NCBI RefSeq assembly: GCF_017876815.1
Contig: NZ_JAGIOS010000001.1
Location: 2,610,001 to 2,642,000 of the forward strand
Source: Sinorhizobium meliloti
GTDB taxonomy: Bacteria > Pseudomonadota > Alphaproteobacteria > Rhizobiales > Rhizobiaceae
Reading direction: 5' to 3'
DNA length: 32,000 nucleotides
Below, piece by piece: positions 8,663 to 17,621 of the stretch (position 1 is the first letter of the stretch; every line of letters starts with the position of its first letter). The notes below the pieces were generated by a model that searched no databases, had not been told where the DNA came from, and worked only from the letters and a program-made list of their open reading frames with translations. A program made the position numbers and the translations under genes.

Positions 8663-10108
8663 ATGTACGACAAGGAGAAAGACCTCATTGGCGCATTCCT
8701 GCGCGGAGAGGTGGACCGTCGCGGCCTGTTGAAGGGCCTTGGCGCGGCAGGCCTGACGGCGGGCACCGCCGGCACCCTGTTCAACATGATGTCGACCCAG
8801 GCGCTTGCCGCCGACTTCGACTGGAAGGCACATTCCGGCAAGTCGCTGAAGCTGCTCCTGAACAAGCATCCTTATGCGGATGCGATGATCGCCAATCTTC
8901 AGGCGTTCAAGGACCTGACCGGCATCGAAGTCACCTATGACGTCTTCCCGGAGGATGTCTATTTCGACAAGGTGACGGCGGCGCTCTCTTCCGGCTCGTC
9001 GGAATACGACGCCTTCATGACCGGCGCCTATATGACCTGGACCTACGGTCCGGCCGGCTGGATCACGGACCTCAACGAGTGGATCAAGGATCCGGCGAAG
9101 ACAAATCCGCAATATGGCTGGGACGACTTCCTGCCGGGCGTCAAGGCTTCCTGCGCATGGAACGGCCAGCCGGGCGGTGCGCTCGGTTCGGAAGATGCCA
9201 AGCAATGGTGCATTCCGTGGGGCTACGAGCAGAACAACCTCTCCTATAACCAGGAGATGTTCGAAAAGGTCGGCGCCAGCGTTCCGAAGAACCTCGATGA
9301 ACTCGTCGCCACGGCGGCAAAGCTCAACAAGGACGTAGGCGGCGGCGTCTACGGCATCGGCGTGCGCGGCTCCCGTTCCTGGGCGACCATCCATCCGGGC
9401 TTCCTTTCCGGCTACGCCAATTTCGGCCAGAAGGATCTGAACGTCTCGGAGGACGGCAAGCTTTCGGCCGCGATGAACACGGCGGAATCCAAGGCCTTCC
9501 ACGCAAAATGGGTGCAGATGATCCAGGAAAGCGGCCCGAAGGACTGGTCGACCTATACCTGGTATCAGGTCGGCACGGACCTCGGCGCCGGCGCCTCCGC
9601 CATGATCTACGACGCCGACATTCTCGGCTATTTCATGAACGGCGGCGACAACAAGATGGCAGGCAAGCTCGCTTACGCTCCGTTTGCCGCCAACCCGGAG
9701 GCAAAGGCTCCGACGCCGAACATCTGGATCTGGTCGCTGGCCATGTCCAACTTCGCGAAGGACAAGGATGCGACCTGGTATTTCCTGCAATGGGCATCGG
9801 GTCTCGAGCACGCGATCTTCGGCGCGACCAAGATGGACTTCGTCAACCCGGTCCGGGCATCGGTCTGGAAGGACGAGATCTTCCGCGAGCGGCTGAACAA
9901 GAGCTATCCCGGATATGTGGAGATGCACGACGTTTCGGCGCCGGGCGCGAAGATCCACTTCACCCCCCAGCCGCTTTTCTTCGACCTCACCACCGAATGG
10001 GCGGCGACCCTGCAGAAGATGGTGGCGAAGGAAGTGCCGGTCGACGAGGGTCTCGACAGGCTTGTCGAGAGCATCAACCGGCAGCTCGCGGAAGCCGGGC
10101 TCGGCTGA
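8663..10108 (+). CDS. mptA: ABC transporter sugar/polyol substrate-binding protein (CUT1-type) with Tat-like signal
   Basis: 481 aa. GGAGGAGAG RBS 5 nt upstream. N-terminus DRRGLLKGLGAAGLTAGTAGTLFNMMSTQALA then the mature protein. Symbol assigned by synteny with the published S. meliloti mptABCDE-ery locus, from memory. Confidence 0.85.
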   Translation: MYDKEKDLIGAFLRGEVDRRGLLKGLGAAGLTAGTAGTLFNMMSTQALAADFDWKAHSGKSLKLLLNKHPYADAMIANLQAFKDLTGIEVTYDVFPEDVYFDKVTAALSSGSSEYDAFMTGAYMTWTYGPAGWITDLNEWIKDPAKTNPQYGWDDFLPGVKASCAWNGQPGGALGSEDAKQWCIPWGYEQNNLSYNQEMFEKVGASVPKNLDELVATAAKLNKDVGGGVYGIGVRGSRSWATIHPGFLSGYANFGQKDLNVSEDGKLSAAMNTAESKAFHAKWVQMIQESGPKDWSTYTWYQVGTDLGAGASAMIYDADILGYFMNGGDNKMAGKLAYAPFAANPEAKAPTPNIWIWSLAMSNFAKDKDATWYFLQWASGLEHAIFGATKMDFVNPVRASVWKDEIFRERLNKSYPGYVEMHDVSAPGAKIHFTPQPLFFDLTTEWAATLQKMVAKEVPVDEGLDRLVESINRQLAEAGLG

Positions 10109-10118
10109 TCGCACTCCC

Positions 10119-10254
10119 GGCTTGGAACGGAAGCGGGCGGACATCATCGGACGTCGCCTTCCGCTCCAGGCCAGCCCGCCGCCGGCGGGCCGCCGTTTCG
10201 GCACGAAAAACAGATGGAAGAGGGGGTCTGGCTGCGCCGGCCGCGGCCGACCCC
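10119..10254 (+). other. three intercistronic stem-loops between SBP and permease genes
   Basis: (1) 10119-10172: GGCTTGGAACGGAAGCG ... CGCCTTCCGCTCCAGGCC, about 17 bp with 2 mismatches and 1 bulge. (2) 10174-10190: GCCCGCC-GCC-GGCGGGC followed by CGCCGTTTCGG. (3) 10223-10254: GGGGTCTGGC ... GCCGACCCC. Confidence 0.45.
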
Positions 10255-10291
10255 TTATGTCATAGACACAGGCATTTAGACGGAGCTGGCC

Positions 10292-11215
10292 ATGGCTTCA
10301 GTAACGCACTCCAGCCCAAGGGGCAGCAGGTTCAGGATCAGCAAGAGGGCCTTGCCCTATGTGCTCTCCCTGCCGGCGCTTCTCGTGTGCATCGGTATCC
10401 TGATCCCGTTCTTCACGGCGGTGATCTATTCCTTCCAGCGCTACCGGCTCAGCCAGCCCTGGGCACGCCAGTTCAACTGGGGTGAGAACTATCTGAACTT
10501 CTTCACCGATCCGGGTTTCTGGAACACGCTGAAGATCTCGCTGCTCTATGCCGGCGTCACCGTGACCCTGGAGCTGCTGCTCGGTCTCGGCATTGCGCTG
10601 CTCCTGCAGCGCCGCTCGACGGTCAACAACTTCATCTCGATCATGCTGCTCCTGCCGCTGATGACGGCGCCGGCGCTTGCGGCGCTGATGTGGAAGCTGA
10701 TGACCAATCCCGGCTTCGGGATCCTGAGCTATCTCGCAAGTCTCGTGGGCCTTGAGAACTTCCGCTGGGCATCGTCGCCGGACACGGCGCTGCTGACCGT
10801 CGTGCTCGTGGACATCTGGGTCTATACGCCCTTCATCATGATCCTGCTGCTCGCGGGCCTGCGCTCGCTGCCGACGCAGCCATTCGAAGCGGCCGCGCTC
10901 GACGGCGTGCCGCGCAGCTTCGTCTTTTTCCGCATCACCCTGCCGATGCTCACGCCCTATATCCTGACGGCGACGCTCTTTCGCCTGCTCGATTCCATCC
11001 AGCAGTTCGACATCATCTACGCGATGACGCAGGGCGGGCCCGGAGACACGCTGACGGTCTTCCAGGTCGAGGCTTACCTCAACTTCTTCCAGTCGACCAA
11101 TGTGGGGCGTTCCGCGGCGCTGCTGATCATCCTGTGGGCGATCACCTACGCGCTGTCGAACATCTTTATCAAGAACTGGCTCCGGCTGCGCGAACGCGCC
11201 CGCGGCGAAGCGTAA
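10292..11215 (+). CDS. mptB: ABC transporter permease (CUT1 sugar family, MalF/UgpA-like)
   Basis: 307 aa, multiple TM segments. EAA loop: FEAAALDGVPRSFVFFRITLPML. Confidence 0.9.
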   Translation: MASVTHSSPRGSRFRISKRALPYVLSLPALLVCIGILIPFFTAVIYSFQRYRLSQPWARQFNWGENYLNFFTDPGFWNTLKISLLYAGVTVTLELLLGLGIALLLQRRSTVNNFISIMLLLPLMTAPALAALMWKLMTNPGFGILSYLASLVGLENFRWASSPDTALLTVVLVDIWVYTPFIMILLLAGLRSLPTQPFEAAALDGVPRSFVFFRITLPMLTPYILTATLFRLLDSIQQFDIIYAMTQGGPGDTLTVFQVEAYLNFFQSTNVGRSAALLIILWAITYALSNIFIKNWLRLRERARGEA

Positions 11216-11226
11216 GGAGGCCGAAA

Positions 11227-12084
11227 ATGGAAACCACCTCTCCGGTCGAAAGACTCCTGCGCGGCGTCGCGCTTACCCTGGTCGTCGTCTTCTTCATGTT
11301 CCCGATCGTCTGGATCTTCCTCATGTCGTTCCAGACGAACGAGACGATCCTCAGAATACCCCCATCGGTGGTCTTCACGCCGACGCTCGAGAATTATGCG
11401 GCGCTGATCACCGGCAAACTCCAGACCGCTTCCGGCACGCTCGATATCGCCTTCATGCGCAATCTCGGCAATTCGGTCCTGCTGTCGGTCGCTTCCGTAG
11501 CGCTGGCGCTGGTCCTCGGCGTGCCGGCGGCCTATGCCTTCGCTCGGCACAAGTTCAGGGGATCGGAGGACATTGCCTTCACGCTCCTCTCCTTCCGCTT
11601 TGCGCCGCCACTGCTCGTGTTGCTGCCCTTGACGCAGTATTTTCAGTGGCTTGGCCTCTCGAACACCTATTTCGGTCTCATCTGGATCTACCAGCTGATC
11701 TGCCTGCCGCTCATTCTCTGGATCGTGCGCGGCTATTTCGAGGACATCTCGGCCGACGTCGAATATGCCTATCGCATCGCCGGCCACTCCTGGTTCTCGA
11801 CGTTCCGCAAGATCGCCCTGCCGCTGGCAGGTCCCGGGATCGCAGCGGCCGGTCTGCTCGCCTTCATCTTCGCCTGGAACAATTTCGTGTTCGCCCTGGT
11901 GCTGGCTTCCGCAGACAAGCAGCCGGTGACGGTCGGCGCGCTGGCCTTCGTCACGGCCTCGGGCATCCAGTACGGCCAGATCGCCGCCGCGATCGTGCTC
12001 TCGATCACGCCGACGCTCGCACTCGCACTCTACGCCCAGCGCTACCTCGTCGAAGGCCTGTCGCTCGGTGCGGTGAAGGGATAA
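11227..12084 (+). CDS. mptC: ABC transporter permease (CUT1 sugar family, MalG/UgpE-like)
   Basis: In frame with track ORF 11134..12084. Start at ATG 11227 (METTSPVERLL), 6 nt after TAAGGAGG that overlaps the mptB stop. EAA loop: EYAYRIAGHSWFSTFRKIALPLAGPG. Confidence 0.9.
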   Translation: METTSPVERLLRGVALTLVVVFFMFPIVWIFLMSFQTNETILRIPPSVVFTPTLENYAALITGKLQTASGTLDIAFMRNLGNSVLLSVASVALALVLGVPAAYAFARHKFRGSEDIAFTLLSFRFAPPLLVLLPLTQYFQWLGLSNTYFGLIWIYQLICLPLILWIVRGYFEDISADVEYAYRIAGHSWFSTFRKIALPLAGPGIAAAGLLAFIFAWNNFVFALVLASADKQPVTVGALAFVTASGIQYGQIAAAIVLSITPTLALALYAQRYLVEGLSLGAVKG

Positions 12085-12088
12085 TCGA

Positions 12089-13207
12089 ATGACTACGCTG
12101 CAACTGAAAAACATCGTCAAGCGCTACAAGAGCCAGACGGTCCTGGACGATCTTTCGCTCGACGTGGCCAATGGCGAGCGACTGGTGCTCTTCGGTCCGT
12201 CCGGTTCCGGCAAGACCGTTCTGCTTCGGCTGATCGCCGGCGTCATCGAACCGGATGGCGGCCGGGTCCTGATCGGCGGCGAGGACATGACGGACGTGGA
12301 CGCGGAACATCGCGGCCTCGGCATGGCGTTCCAGAACTTTGCGCTGTTCCCGCATATGAGTGCTTTCGACAACATCGCCAGCGCGCTGACCTCGCGGAAG
12401 TCGTCCAGGGATACGATCGCCGCCGGCGTGCACAAAGTCGCAAAGCTCCTGAAGATCGATCATGTGCTGAGCCATCATCCGAAGGCGCTCTCCAACGGCC
12501 AGAAGCAGCGCACGGCGCTTGCACGCGCCCTCGTGGGCTCGCCGCCGCTGCTGCTCCTCGACGATCCGCTTCGCAACGTCGACGCCAAGCTGCGCTTCGA
12601 GATGAGGCTGGAACTGCCGCGCCTGCTTGCCGCTCAAGGGGCGACCGTCATCTACGTCACGCAGGACTACAAGGAGGCAATGGCGCTCGGCGACCGCATC
12701 GCGGTCATGGCGCATGGGCGTATCCGCCAGATCGGCACGCCGGCGGAAATCTACAACGCGCCTGCCGACATCGAGATCGCCCGGCTCTTCGGCGATCCGA
12801 CCATCAACCTGCTCGATGTCGTGCCGCAGCGCGGTCCGGACGGCGCCTTCGTCGAACTCTCCGACATGCGGCTGCGCCTGCCGGGCTTCGGCGCGGAAAT
12901 TATCGAAAAGCAGTGCGTCCTCGGCCTGCGCCCCGAGACGATCGCTTTTGCCGAAGCCAGCGCGCATGGCGCGATTCCGGTGACCGTCGAGGCGGAAACG
13001 CCGCTCAACGAGAAGACCGTGACGCTGGCGCTGACCGCCCGCGGCCGCGAGATACTGGTGTCCCGCCCTGCCGGCACCCCCGGCCCGGTCGCCGGACCGG
13101 CGCATATCGCAGTCGACGGTCGGGCGGCCTTTCTGTTCGACAAGGCGACGGGTCAGCGCATCCTTCCTTCCGAACTGGCATCCAAGCGCGATGGAGAAGC
13201 GGCATGA
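12089..13207 (+). CDS. mptD: ABC transporter ATP-binding protein (MalK-like) with non-canonical catalytic motifs
   Basis: 372 aa. Walker A GPSGSGKT and Q-loop AFQNFALFPH are normal. Signature is LSNGQ (N136, 12494-12496), Walker B is LLLLDD (D159 replaces the catalytic Glu, 12563-12565) and the H-loop is YVTQD (Q192, 12662-12664). Confidence 0.9.
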   Translation: MTTLQLKNIVKRYKSQTVLDDLSLDVANGERLVLFGPSGSGKTVLLRLIAGVIEPDGGRVLIGGEDMTDVDAEHRGLGMAFQNFALFPHMSAFDNIASALTSRKSSRDTIAAGVHKVAKLLKIDHVLSHHPKALSNGQKQRTALARALVGSPPLLLLDDPLRNVDAKLRFEMRLELPRLLAAQGATVIYVTQDYKEAMALGDRIAVMAHGRIRQIGTPAEIYNAPADIEIARLFGDPTINLLDVVPQRGPDGAFVELSDMRLRLPGFGAEIIEKQCVLGLRPETIAFAEASAHGAIPVTVEAETPLNEKTVTLALTARGREILVSRPAGTPGPVAGPAHIAVDGRAAFLFDKATGQRILPSELASKRDGEAA

Positions 13208-14328
13208 ACGCTACCGCTCTTTTGATCGACAACGTCGACAAGTTCTATGGTCCGGTCGACTACGGCGTTCACGCCGTGAAGCAGCTGAAGATGGAGGTGA
13301 AGAAGGGTGAGATCATCGCGCTTCTGGGCTCCTCCGGCTGCGGCAAGACCTCGACCCTTCGAATGATTGCCGGCTTCGAACCGGTATCGCGCGGCACGAT
13401 TTCGGTCGCCGGCCGGCAGGTGCATATGCTTGCGCCGGTCCGCCGCAACGTCGCCATGGCCTTCGAGGGCTATTCGCTCTATCCGCCGCTGACGGTGCGG
13501 GAAAACATAGCTTTTGCGCTCAAGGCGTCGAAGCTTTCGCAGAGCGTCGTCGAAGAGAAGGTAGCGAGCATCGCCAAGCTGCTCGAGATCGAGGATATTC
13601 TCGGGCGTTATCCGAGTTCGATTTCCGGCGGCCAGCAGCAGAGGGCGTCCCTCGGGCGTGCGCTCATCCGCGATGCCGACCTGCATCTTCTCGACGAGCC
13701 GATGGGCCAGCTCGAGCCGCAATTGCGCGCCGTGCTGCGCGGCCGCATCAAGCACTACATCAAGGAGCGCGGGCTGACCGCCATCCTCGTCACCCACGAC
13801 CAGACCGAGGCGAATGCGCTCGCCGACCGGATCGCCGTCATGGAAGGCGGGGTGCTGCAGCAGTTCGACACGCCCCAGAAGATCAAGGAACGGCCGGCGA
13901 ATCTCTTCACCGGAACCTTCGTCGGCGAGCCGCCGATGAACGTCTTCGAGGCAAGCATCAGCGGCACGGATGCTCGCGTGACCTTCGGCCTCAAGGACGG
14001 CGTCCGGCTCGAGTATCAGGCCGCCGATTTCTCCCATGCCGTCCGCGATGCGCTGATGAAGCGCCAGAATGTGGTTCTCGGCATCCGGCCCTATTCCGTC
14101 CGGCGCAGTGCAGACGGGGTGACGGGCCGCGTTGCCGTCAATCAATGGCTCGGCGACCAGACCCATATCGCGGCCGATTTCGCCGGCGGCACCATGGTGC
14201 TGGTCGAACATGACCGTACCAGCCTGGAGATCGGTCAGCCGATCGGCATCCGGCTCGACCCTGCAAGCCTCCACGTCTTCGACAGCGAGAGCGGTATGGC
14301 GATCTCGCACGGCGAGGAGCTCGCCTGA
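13204..14328 (+). CDS. mptE: ABC transporter ATP-binding protein (MalK-like), second ATPase of the same transporter
   Basis: In frame with track ORF 12913..14328. ATG 13204 overlaps the mptD stop (ATGA). Walker A GSSGCGKTS, signature ISGGQQQR, Walker B HLLDEP and H-loop VTHDQ are canonical. The Q-loop Gln is Glu (AMAFEGYSLYP, E88 at 13465-13467). Confidence 0.9.
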   Translation: MNATALLIDNVDKFYGPVDYGVHAVKQLKMEVKKGEIIALLGSSGCGKTSTLRMIAGFEPVSRGTISVAGRQVHMLAPVRRNVAMAFEGYSLYPPLTVRENIAFALKASKLSQSVVEEKVASIAKLLEIEDILGRYPSSISGGQQQRASLGRALIRDADLHLLDEPMGQLEPQLRAVLRGRIKHYIKERGLTAILVTHDQTEANALADRIAVMEGGVLQQFDTPQKIKERPANLFTGTFVGEPPMNVFEASISGTDARVTFGLKDGVRLEYQAADFSHAVRDALMKRQNVVLGIRPYSVRRSADGVTGRVAVNQWLGDQTHIAADFAGGTMVLVEHDRTSLEIGQPIGIRLDPASLHVFDSESGMAISHGEELA

Positions 14329-15905
14329 TGCGCGACATCCTCATCGGCATCGATGCCGGGACGTCCGTCATCAAGTCGGTCGCCTTCGATCTAGGCGGCC
14401 GGCAGCTGGCGATGACGGCGGTTCCGAACAGCTATGAGGCGGTGGGCCGCACCGGCAGCGTTCAGGAGTTGCGGCGTACCTGGACGGACACAGTCAAAAC
14501 CCTGGTCGAGCTCTCGGCCAGGATCGAGAACCTCCCTGGCCGTGTTGCCGCCATCGCGGTGACCGGTCAGGGGGACGGCACCTGGATGATCGACAGAGAG
14601 GGCGAGCCGGTGGGCAAGGGCTGGCTCTGGCTCGATGCGCGCGCGGGCGCAATCGTCGAGCGCCTGCGTGCCGAAAGCGGCGATGCGGAGCGTTTCTCGC
14701 GCACCGGCTCGGGTCTTGCCGCCTGCCAGCAGGGCCCGCAGCTGCGCTGGATGAAGGATCATGCGCCGGAGATGCTGCAAGGCGCTGCGACCGCTTTCCA
14801 TTGCAAGGACTGGCTCTATTTCAACCTCACGGACAAGCGCGCGACCGATCCCTCGGAAGCGAATTTCACCTTCGGCGATTTCCGCAAGCGCCAGTATTCC
14901 GATGAGGTGATCGACTTTCTCGGTCTCAACGAACTCAAGCACCTGCTGCCGGAAATCGTCGACGGGGCGAGCACGCATCACCCTCTCTCGGCCGCCGCCG
15001 CGGCTGCCACGGGCTTGCCGGCGGGGACGCCGGTGGTGCTCGGCTATGTCGACGTCGTCTGCACGGCGCTCGGCGCGGGCCTTTACGATCCCGGAACCGA
15101 CACGGGCTGCTCGATCATAGGCTCCACGGGCATGCACATGCGTCTGGCGGCCGGCGCCGACGATGTCCGGCTCAACCAGGATCACACCGGCTACACCATG
15201 TGCATGCCGATACCCGGCACCTATGCGCAGATGCAGTCGAATATGGCGGCGACGCTCAATATCGACTGGATCCTGCAGTTTGCGGGAGGTCTCCTCAAGG
15301 GCATGGGGATCGAGAAATCGAAGAACGATCTGCTCGCCCATGTGGACGGCTGGCTTTCCGAAGCGAACGAGACTCCGCTTCTCTTCCAGCCCTATATTTC
15401 GGAGGCCGGTGAGCGCGGCCCCTTTGTCGATGCCTCGGCCCGCGCCTCCTTCGTCGGGCTTTCGATCAACCACGGCTTCGGGGACATGGTGCGCGCGGTC
15501 TTCGACGGCCTCGCCTTTGCCTCGCGGGACTGTTACGCCGCGATGGGGCCGCTGCCGGCCTGCGTCCGTCTGTCGGGAGGAGCTGCGCGCAGCGCCTCGC
15601 TACGCCGCATTCTCGGCGGGGCTCTCGGCGCCAGCATCCAGACCAGCGAACGCGAGGAGGCGGGTGCCGCCGGTGCGGCGATGATCGCCGCCGTCTCTCT
15701 GGGCATCTATCCCTCCATGGCCGACTGCGTCCGCGAATGGGTGCGGCCGCACCATCGGCCGGCAGAACCCGCGGATGAAGAGCTCGCGCGCCGCTATGAC
15801 GCGCTTTTCCCCGCTTACAAGCAGTCGCGCCTCGCGCTTCAACCCGTCTGGCATGCGCTCTCCCACGCAGCCGGAACGGGAAACCAACAGGAAAGACCGC
15901 AATGA
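14328..15905 (+). CDS. eryA: FGGY-family carbohydrate kinase (erythritol kinase EryA-like)
   Basis: 525 aa. N-terminal ILIGIDAGTSVIKSV actin-fold phosphate-1 motif. FGGY length and layout. TGATG overlap with mptE. Position matches the ery locus. Confidence 0.8.
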   Translation: MRDILIGIDAGTSVIKSVAFDLGGRQLAMTAVPNSYEAVGRTGSVQELRRTWTDTVKTLVELSARIENLPGRVAAIAVTGQGDGTWMIDREGEPVGKGWLWLDARAGAIVERLRAESGDAERFSRTGSGLAACQQGPQLRWMKDHAPEMLQGAATAFHCKDWLYFNLTDKRATDPSEANFTFGDFRKRQYSDEVIDFLGLNELKHLLPEIVDGASTHHPLSAAAAAATGLPAGTPVVLGYVDVVCTALGAGLYDPGTDTGCSIIGSTGMHMRLAAGADDVRLNQDHTGYTMCMPIPGTYAQMQSNMAATLNIDWILQFAGGLLKGMGIEKSKNDLLAHVDGWLSEANETPLLFQPYISEAGERGPFVDASARASFVGLSINHGFGDMVRAVFDGLAFASRDCYAAMGPLPACVRLSGGAARSASLRRILGGALGASIQTSEREEAGAAGAAMIAAVSLGIYPSMADCVREWVRPHHRPAEPADEELARRYDALFPAYKQSRLALQPVWHALSHAAGTGNQQERPQ

Positions 15906-16939
15906 AGAAGATAGCCATTATCGGCGACCGGTTCATGCTGCCGGATGTTTTTCGCGACAAGATCGTCGAGGCATGCGGCGACGAGCATGAGATAAGCATG
16001 CTCGAGCTGCCCTGGCCGGACGTGCCGATGGAGCACGGCTATGCCGTCGAGGGGATGGACGGCCTCAAGGAATATCTCGGCAAGCCCGGGGACATCGTCG
16101 ACTTCGTCGGCGATGCCGAAATCCTCGTGACGCAGCTTGCGCCGCTGTCCCGAACCATGCTGGCCGACCTGCCGGGATTGAAGCTCGTCGCCGTCTCGCG
16201 CGGCGGTCCGGTCAATATCGACATGAAAGCCGCTCGCGAGGCGGGCGTCCTCGTCGTCAATACGCCCGGCCGCAATGCGAGCGCCGTCGCCGAATTCACG
16301 ATCGGTGCCATCCTCGCGGAGACGCGCCTCATCCGCGTGGGGCACGAGGCGCTGAGGCGGAGCGAATGGCGGGGTGATCTCTACCGCGCCGACCGCACCG
16401 GCCGCGAGCTTTCCGAAATGACGGTCGGCGTCATCGGCTACGGCAATATCGGCACCAAGGTGGTCCGGCTGCTTCGTGCTTTCGGCACCAAGGTGCTCGT
16501 CCACGATCCCTATGTGCAGCTCAGCGCCGAAGACCGGAATGCCGGCGTCGAACACGTCGCGTTGGACGAACTGCTTGCCCGCGCCGACCTGGTTACGCTT
16601 CATCCGCGCGTCAGCGAAGAGACGAAGAACTTGATGAATGCGGAGACCTTCGCGAAGATGAAGCCGGGGGCGATCTTCGTGAACACGGCCCGCGGGCCGC
16701 TCTGCGACTATGACGCGCTTTACGAGAATCTCGTCAGCGGCCATCTCGCAAGCGCGATGCTGGAGACCTTTGCCGTCGAGCCCGTGCCGGAAGACTGGCC
16801 GCTCTTGAAACTTCCCAATGTGACGCTGACGCCGCATATAGCGGGCGCGTCGGTGCGCACCGTGACCTATGCGGCGGAAATGGCCGCAGAGGAAGTGCGC
16901 CGCTACATCGCCGGCCTGCCGCCGGTCAATCCGTGCTGA
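15902..16939 (+). CDS. D-isomer-specific 2-hydroxyacid dehydrogenase family, NAD-binding oxidoreductase
   Basis: 345 aa. GVIGYGNIGTKV Rossmann motif, then LLARADLVTLHPRV ... NTARG ... TPHIAGAS, typical of the family. ATGA overlap with eryA. Confidence 0.85.
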   Translation: MKKIAIIGDRFMLPDVFRDKIVEACGDEHEISMLELPWPDVPMEHGYAVEGMDGLKEYLGKPGDIVDFVGDAEILVTQLAPLSRTMLADLPGLKLVAVSRGGPVNIDMKAAREAGVLVVNTPGRNASAVAEFTIGAILAETRLIRVGHEALRRSEWRGDLYRADRTGRELSEMTVGVIGYGNIGTKVVRLLRAFGTKVLVHDPYVQLSAEDRNAGVEHVALDELLARADLVTLHPRVSEETKNLMNAETFAKMKPGAIFVNTARGPLCDYDALYENLVSGHLASAMLETFAVEPVPEDWPLLKLPNVTLTPHIAGASVRTVTYAAEMAAEEVRRYIAGLPPVNPC

Positions 16940-16948
16940 GGTAGGACG

Positions 16949-17617
16949 ATGAACGAACTTCAACTGCGCCAGTCGATCATCGACCATTGCCGCCACATGA
17001 ATGCGATCGGCCTCAACCAGGGCACTTCGGGCAATATCAGCCTGCGCCACGGCGGCACGATGCTGATCACCCCGTCTGCGATCCCCTATGCCGAGATGAC
17101 GCCGGACATGATCGTCGCCATGCCGATCGAGGGCGAGTATGGCGCCTGGGTAGGGCCGAAGAAGCCCTCGGTCGAATGGCCCTTCCACCTCGACATTCTG
17201 CGGGCGCGGCCGGATGTCGGCGCCGTCGTTCATACCCACGCGAGCTTCTCGACGATCCTCGCGATGGCGCGCAAGCCGATTCCCGCCTGTCACTACATGA
17301 TCGCCGCCTTCGGCGGTTCCGACGTGCGCGTCGCCGATTACGCCCGCTACGGCACGAAGGCGCTGTCGGAAAACGTGCTGAAGGCGATGGAGGGGCGTTC
17401 CGCCTGCCTCATGGCCAATCACGGCATGATCGCGACCGGTTCGAGCCTGGAAAAGGCGATGTGGGCGGCGGTCGAGCTCGAGACGATCGCCAAGCAATAT
17501 TACCACGTGCTCCTGATCGGCGGTCCGGTGGTCCTGCCGCAGGAGGAAATCGCCGGCGTCATCGAGGGATTTGCCACTTACGGCCATCAGGACAAACCCA
17601 AGGGCGAGGCCGCCTGA
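16949..17617 (+). CDS. class II aldolase, L-fuculose-1-phosphate aldolase (FucA)-like
   Basis: 222 aa. Collinear with my recollection of E. coli FucA (LNQGTSGNIS, SVEWPFH, VVHTHAS, IPACHYMIAAFGG, ANHGMIATG, LEKAMW). Metal-binding His residues and the catalytic Glu are retained. Confidence 0.85.
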   Translation: MNELQLRQSIIDHCRHMNAIGLNQGTSGNISLRHGGTMLITPSAIPYAEMTPDMIVAMPIEGEYGAWVGPKKPSVEWPFHLDILRARPDVGAVVHTHASFSTILAMARKPIPACHYMIAAFGGSDVRVADYARYGTKALSENVLKAMEGRSACLMANHGMIATGSSLEKAMWAAVELETIAKQYYHVLLIGGPVVLPQEEIAGVIEGFATYGHQDKPKGEAA

Positions 17618-17621
17618 CCGC

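Noticed and set aside
8624-10204. 526-aa ORF on the minus strand, antisense to the polyol SBP gene
   Set aside because: It is Arg/Gly/Ala/Pro-rich and low-complexity, with no recognisable motifs. It entirely overlaps a plus-strand gene that has an RBS, a signal peptide and family-typical sequence. This is the usual stop-codon-poor antisense frame of high-GC DNA.
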